DNA of 64,000 bases. It comes from Candidatus Levybacteria bacterium CG2_30_37_29. GTDB lineage: Bacteria; Patescibacteriota; Microgenomatia; Levybacterales; GWA1-39-11. Shown here piece by piece: positions 59,404 through 64,000 of this stretch (positions are counted from its first letter, which is position 1; the number at the start of each line of letters is the position of its first letter). The translations under genes and the position numbers were made by a program. Under the pieces are notes generated by a model. The model ran no database searches and had not been told where the DNA came from. It saw only the letters and a list, made by a program, of their open reading frames with translations. The stretch is taken from assembly GCA_001873215.1 (NCBI GenBank), contig MNYS01000003.1:49455-113454 (forward strand). Reading direction: 5' to 3'.

Positions 59404-60369
59404 ATGATACTTCACGAAAATTTTTCTCTCAAGGATATTCTTTGGTATAAAATCGGCGGAATTGCTAGATATCTTATTGACGTTGAGAACTCGGAAGATG
59501 TTGAAAAAGCAGCTGAATTCATAAAGAGAAACAAACTTACCAGGGCTTTTTTTATCGGTCAGGGAAGCAATCTAATTTTTACCGATGATTTTTTTGACGG
59601 CGCGGTCGTGCGATTTATTGCGCCAAAAAAGAGTTCTATTCGGCTTGTTGGGAATAGCACTGTTGAGGCATTTGCAGGTGAGCTTCTTGATAATGTTATT
59701 AAATTTTCGTTTGAGAATAGTTTGATTGGTCTTGAATGGGCAGGAGGACTTCCCGGTACTGTGGGGGCGGCAATTCGCGGAAACGTAGGAGCTTTTGGAG
59801 GAGAGATAAAAGACAACGTTAAAGAAGTAACCTTGCTTGAAATAACCGATAAAAAAATGAAACTTATAACGTTAAAAAGGTTCGAGTTAAAATTTGGTTA
59901 TAGAAACTCTCTTGTTAAAAAACACAGAAATCTAATAGTTGTTTCTTCTCTATTCCGTCTTACTCCAACCGATGCGGCCGGTGTCCAGAGAGCCCGTCAA
60001 ACTTATCTTTCAAACATTGAATATAGAAATAGACGCCATCCTCTTGAATTTCCAAATTGCGGAAGTGTATTTAAAAATATTACAGATCCAGAAAAGATAA
60101 AAAGTGTTTTGGAAATTTTTCCCGACCTTGAGGAAAAAATAAAAAGGGATTGGCATGGGAAAGTTGCGATGGGATACCTTATCAAGCGTTTGGATCTTGC
60201 GGAATTTCGCGTTGGAAACGCTCAAATTTCACCAAAACATTGCAATTTTATAGTGAATTTGGGAGGAGCAAAAGCAGAAGATGTTTTATCTATAATAAAA
60301 ACTATTCAAGAAAAATTCCAAGAAACCTTTGAGTTTACCCCCGAAGTTGAGGTGGAGATAGTATGTTAA
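59404..60369 (+). CDS. murB: UDP-N-acetylmuramate dehydrogenase
   Basis: GQGSNL, GLPGTVGAA..NVGAFG, FGYRNS, GSVFKN, HCNFIVN. Confidence 0.95.
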   Translation: MILHENFSLKDILWYKIGGIARYLIDVENSEDVEKAAEFIKRNKLTRAFFIGQGSNLIFTDDFFDGAVVRFIAPKKSSIRLVGNSTVEAFAGELLDNVIKFSFENSLIGLEWAGGLPGTVGAAIRGNVGAFGGEIKDNVKEVTLLEITDKKMKLITLKRFELKFGYRNSLVKKHRNLIVVSSLFRLTPTDAAGVQRARQTYLSNIEYRNRRHPLEFPNCGSVFKNITDPEKIKSVLEIFPDLEEKIKRDWHGKVAMGYLIKRLDLAEFRVGNAQISPKHCNFIVNLGGAKAEDVLSIIKTIQEKFQETFEFTPEVEVEIVC

Positions 60370-60917
60370 TAGATATAGTTAATTTTTTAAATCATAATTC
60401 AGGAGTAATTCAAGCAATAACAACAATTGTTTTAACAACAATCACGTTTTTTTACATGCTTTATACAAAAAGAACTGTTAAAGAGCTTGCGTTGCAAAGA
60501 GAGTATGGAATTCTACCGATATTAATAATTGAAGATGTTGACGTTAAAAAAATAAAGAATTTAAAAAAAACAATTATTATTCCAATAAAAATAAATAATG
60601 TAGGAAACGGACCAGCATTTCAGGTAGACGCCCATTTATCTGTAAGCGAACAGCCAACGATCAATTCTTTTAAACAAAGCTTTATCGGCAAGGGTGAAGT
60701 GAAATATATAAATTTCGTATTCAAAAAAGAACATACCAAGGATATTTTTAAACCAACTCGAGAAATTAAACTTATTAATGTAAGCATAGATTTTCACAGT
60801 GCTTATCATAAATGTCATGGTACAATTCAAAGTTTTCATTTAAGCAAAGAAGGAGATTTGCATAAATTAACGGGAGGAGAAGACGGAGGTATAAACTTAT
60901 TTCATAAAGAAGAATAG
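60363..60917 (+). CDS. Hypothetical membrane-anchored protein
   Basis: N-terminal TM, NVGNGPA motif. Confidence 0.6.
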   Translation: MLIDIVNFLNHNSGVIQAITTIVLTTITFFYMLYTKRTVKELALQREYGILPILIIEDVDVKKIKNLKKTIIIPIKINNVGNGPAFQVDAHLSVSEQPTINSFKQSFIGKGEVKYINFVFKKEHTKDIFKPTREIKLINVSIDFHSAYHKCHGTIQSFHLSKEGDLHKLTGGEDGGINLFHKEE

Positions 60918-61025
60918 TACCGGCCTATTTTGGTACATTGTAGATTTTTATGCGTTTCACTTTCAAATCTTCGAAGTTTATTTTTTTTATTGCGTTTGGG
61001 GTGTTAATCTCATATAATTCCACTC

Positions 61026-61241
61026 ATGGCAGGAAGAGAACGGAATAATTATGTCGGAATATTGAATGTACACGGGGAAGAAATTGTTTTGACCGGGACC
61101 AATAAAAGAAAACTTACTCAAGAAATAAAAGCAGAATTAAAAGGTGCTCATGAAAAATTCCCCTATGTTGATTTTGACGCCCAAATATTAACTGTTAATC
61201 AAGCAGAAAGTATTAAGGTAAAAAGAACCCCATACTCTTAA
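61026..61241 (+). CDS. Small hypothetical protein
   Basis: TTGCGT-17-TATAAT promoter 7 nt upstream of ATG. Confidence 0.6.
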   Translation: MAGRERNNYVGILNVHGEEIVLTGTNKRKLTQEIKAELKGAHEKFPYVDFDAQILTVNQAESIKVKRTPYS

Positions 61242-61303
61242 GACATGAAGCTAACGAAGCTAACGATCCCGTATCGTTAGAATATCGTTAGAATATAGTT
61301 TGA

Positions 61304-61903
61304 TTATTTCGGTTCGTTATCAAGGCTTCTCCAAAGAATCATTGCAGCAAAAGTGCGGTAAGGAGTCCATTTTTTTGTCAATTTTTCCATCTGTTTTTCT
61401 GTCGGTTTATTTTTCATTTTATAAAGTTTGGCTATTGCGTTTTGAAGGCCCAAGTCGCCGTATGAAAAAACATCAGGCCGCCCGAGCGAAAACATCAAAA
61501 ACATTTCAGCGCTCCACTGACCAATTCCTTTAATTCTTACAAGCTCTGTAATAACCTCTGAGTTTTGTTTATTTTTCAGGTTATGTAAATTCACTTGTTT
61601 TGATAATGTTTTCTTGGCCAAGTCACGCAGATATTTTATTTTTTGAAAAGATATTCCAGCGCCCCTTAGTTTTTCATCCGGAATTTTAAGTAAGTCCTTA
61701 GGGTTTATTCCGTTTTTAAACAATTTTCCAAACCTTCCGAAGATAGTCGCCGCCGCCTTGACAGATAATTGTTGCCCTACAATCGTGCGGGTCAAACGCA
61801 TGAAAGGGTCGGGATGAACAGACAGAATTAGTTCGAAATTTTTACCAGAATTGTAAATTATCAGATCTCTATTTTTAAAATGTTCCAAAGCCTTTTTATA
61901 CAT
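61304..61903 (-). CDS. alkA: DNA-3-methyladenine glycosylase II (AlkA family)
   Basis: IVGQQLS, IKGIGQWSAEM, DLG, WTPYRT. Confidence 0.9.
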   Translation of the reverse strand: MYKKALEHFKNRDLIIYNSGKNFELILSVHPDPFMRLTRTIVGQQLSVKAAATIFGRFGKLFKNGINPKDLLKIPDEKLRGAGISFQKIKYLRDLAKKTLSKQVNLHNLKNKQNSEVITELVRIKGIGQWSAEMFLMFSLGRPDVFSYGDLGLQNAIAKLYKMKNKPTEKQMEKLTKKWTPYRTFAAMILWRSLDNEPK

Positions 61904-61943
61904 GTTTTGAGCTTAAATAATTATATCGTTGTATAATATCATT

Positions 61944-62396
61944 ATGTCAATTATCAAAAGAGGAGAAAGATGCCCCACGTGCGGAAGATATGTTTCACGA
62001 GATCTTGTAACAAGCGGGTTGGTTATAAAGAGTGGGAAAATCCTTCTTGTTAATCGTAACATAGAACCGTGCCGCGGAATGTGGTCTTTGATTGGAGGAT
62101 ACATTGGGTGGGATGAAACTGTTGAAGATTGTGCAAAAAGAGAAGTAAAAGAAGAAGTTGGATTGGAATGCGAGATTATAAACTTTCTTGGGATTTATTC
62201 TGGATCCAACCGAGATACGCACGATCTTCAGAATATCGGTCTTGCCTACGTTTTAAAACCGGTTTCTGAAAAAATTTTAATCCAAAAAGAAGAAGTAATG
62301 GAAGCAAAATGGTTTACGTTTGATAATCTTCCTACTCCTTTGGCATTTGACCACGCAAAAATCATAGAAGATTATAAAAAGAGTTTGCATTCATGA
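61944..62396 (+). CDS. NUDIX hydrolase
   Basis: GG....E...CAKREVKEEVG; LAFDH. Confidence 0.9.
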   Translation: MSIIKRGERCPTCGRYVSRDLVTSGLVIKSGKILLVNRNIEPCRGMWSLIGGYIGWDETVEDCAKREVKEEVGLECEIINFLGIYSGSNRDTHDLQNIGLAYVLKPVSEKILIQKEEVMEAKWFTFDNLPTPLAFDHAKIIEDYKKSLHS

Positions 62397-62432
62397 TTTC
62401 CCACCTCTTTTTCTTGTGTTAGAATAAGCATT

Positions 62433-62873
62433 ATGAAACCAGGAATTGATTATGTTGGCGTTACGATATCTTTTTATTGCAATGATGGAAAGGGAAAGTT
62501 TCTGTTTCATAAAAGGAGTAAGAATTGCCGGGATGAAGTTGGAAGATGGGATTGCGGGGGAGGACAATTGGAATTTGGCGAGGATCCGATAGACGGAGTT
62601 TTGCGTGAAGTAAGAGAAGAATATGGATGTAAAGGAATAATTCAAGAGCAGCTTCCGGCGCACTCAATAATTAGATTTCAAAACAAGATAAAAACTCACT
62701 GGTTAGCTATCCCATTTTTTATAAAAGTCAATCCTAAAGATGTGAAAAATAACGAGCCTAACAAAATTGATGAGATAAAATGGTTTCGACTTAATAACTT
62801 ACCTACTCCACTTCATACCGGTTTTAAATATTCAAACAAAAGATACAGTGATTATTTTAAAAAGTATAGATAG
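62433..62873 (+). CDS. NUDIX hydrolase
   Basis: GGGQLEFGE..REVREEYG; NEPNK. Confidence 0.9.
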   Translation: MKPGIDYVGVTISFYCNDGKGKFLFHKRSKNCRDEVGRWDCGGGQLEFGEDPIDGVLREVREEYGCKGIIQEQLPAHSIIRFQNKIKTHWLAIPFFIKVNPKDVKNNEPNKIDEIKWFRLNNLPTPLHTGFKYSNKRYSDYFKKYR

Positions 62874-62916
62874 GGCTTGTGATTGAATTTATCAAAGTCT
62901 GATATAATCGCAGCAA

Positions 62917-63510
62917 ATGAGTATAGAAGCTTTAATTCCGGTTTCAGCAGAAGTTGTTTCTCAGCCTGTTTCAAAAGCGGTTATTATAATGTATCCGGAT
63001 GGACGAATAACAGGTGGTCGTAATGATATTCCAAAGACTTCACTTGTGGAGGATTTTTACAGTGTTGTTTCAAAACAAATTGCACGTTACAAAAAGAAAG
63101 GATTTACGATTTTTGGAATTGTTTATCAAGATACAACTCAGGAAAACTTCAGCGTTTTATATCCGGTACACGAATTTGATAGATTGGTAGAAGTACCTCG
63201 TAAAATAGATGAGTGGAAGCATGAAGAACATGAAGATTTGTTAGATGAAGTTATTGGAAAATTAAATCTTTCTGAAACAGCAGAAACAATCGTAGGAGGA
63301 TATCATGCGCTTGATTGTGTTGTTGAAATGGCAAAAGTTCTACGAAGAAATAATTTTAATGTCCAAGTAAACCCTCTTTTGACAAATGAGCTTGCTTTTC
63401 TTTTAATTTCTCATTTAGCAAGAGTGAATTATATACTTAAAGAAAGAAAACTCGATTTGGACATTTGGAAGATGAAAAAAGAAGATCTTCAAAACGCGAT
63501 AAATAAATAA
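62917..63510 (+). CDS. Hypothetical protein (possible cysteine-hydrolase-like fold)
   Basis: IVGGYHALDCV segment; TATAAT 8 nt upstream. Confidence 0.55.
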   Translation: MSIEALIPVSAEVVSQPVSKAVIIMYPDGRITGGRNDIPKTSLVEDFYSVVSKQIARYKKKGFTIFGIVYQDTTQENFSVLYPVHEFDRLVEVPRKIDEWKHEEHEDLLDEVIGKLNLSETAETIVGGYHALDCVVEMAKVLRRNNFNVQVNPLLTNELAFLLISHLARVNYILKERKLDLDIWKMKKEDLQNAINK

Positions 63511-63556
63511 AAAATAATTTTTCAGTATTTCAATACAAAGATCTAATGCCACAAGC

Positions 63557-63928
63557 CTAATTTTGTTTTACCTGAACAAGCTGAAAGAAATTTCCGTCAA
63601 CATCTTCAAATGTTGAAACCAGACCATATCCTTCAATATGGTAAATATCCTGCGTTTGTTTTGCTCCTGCTTTTTTAACTTTTTCCACTTCTTTTTCAAT
63701 ATCATCAACCTCAAAATTCAACATAAATCTTTCAGGATTTTTATTCTTTCCACTGACTTCGGAATGCGGGTTTATAAATAGTTGAACATCATCAAAACTA
63801 TATACTTTTTTTCCATCCTCCATCTCAAATTCCATTCCTTGTTTTAGCCCCACAATTTCCCGGTAAAACTTAACAAGCTTTGTTGTATTTTCAGACGAAA
63901 GTAAAACACCATCAAGTTTTTTAATCAT
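63557..63928 (-). CDS. VOC/glyoxalase family protein
   Basis: FYREIVG, NFEVDDIE, FEDVDGN; strong AAGGAGGT SD. Confidence 0.88.
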   Translation of the reverse strand: MIKKLDGVLLSSENTTKLVKFYREIVGLKQGMEFEMEDGKKVYSFDDVQLFINPHSEVSGKNKNPERFMLNFEVDDIEKEVEKVKKAGAKQTQDIYHIEGYGLVSTFEDVDGNFFQLVQVKQN

Positions 63929-64000
63929 TTTTTTCACCTCCTTTCATTTTCTTAGTTTTATAATATATTATTGCGGTTTTTAAAGATGTAATATTAGTCA

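Overview
AT-rich bacterial chromosome segment that looks like Patescibacteria/CPR (Microgenomates-like). This is inferred from the short IF2, C-terminally truncated AlaRS, archaeal-type AMP phosphorylase, TrpR/YerC-like paralogs and a VLG-motif surface protein. Core clusters are nusA-infB-DHH-like-rpsO-pnp, rnj, ftsK, nth, alaS, mltG, rpoB-rpoC-rpsL-rpsG, a displaced fusA with no tuf behind it, ATP-citrate lyase aclBA and murB. Accessory genes include a MacAB-like exporter, a mosaic surface protein, a GC-rich CAP-domain gene, a VapBC-like pair, two small-protein + retropepsin pairs and a CsoR copper operon. No rRNA, tRNA, CRISPR array, transposase or integrase was seen. The strongest unexplained signals are non-coding: (1) two collinear ~165-nt elements (47071-47236, 55719-55885; ~70% identical by hand count) with many compensatory base changes; (2) short palindromic elements inserted in-frame in pnp, alaS, rnj and an MBL gene; (3) two TrpR-like paralogs each with its own palindrome over the -35 box, one gene bracketed by an exact 25-bp direct repeat; (4) a TA cassette bounded by a 62-bp duplication of the rnj 3' end; (5) dispersed 7-bp-periodic arrays; (6) widespread leaderless-type promoters. 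All calls come from reading the sequence by eye; no searches were run.
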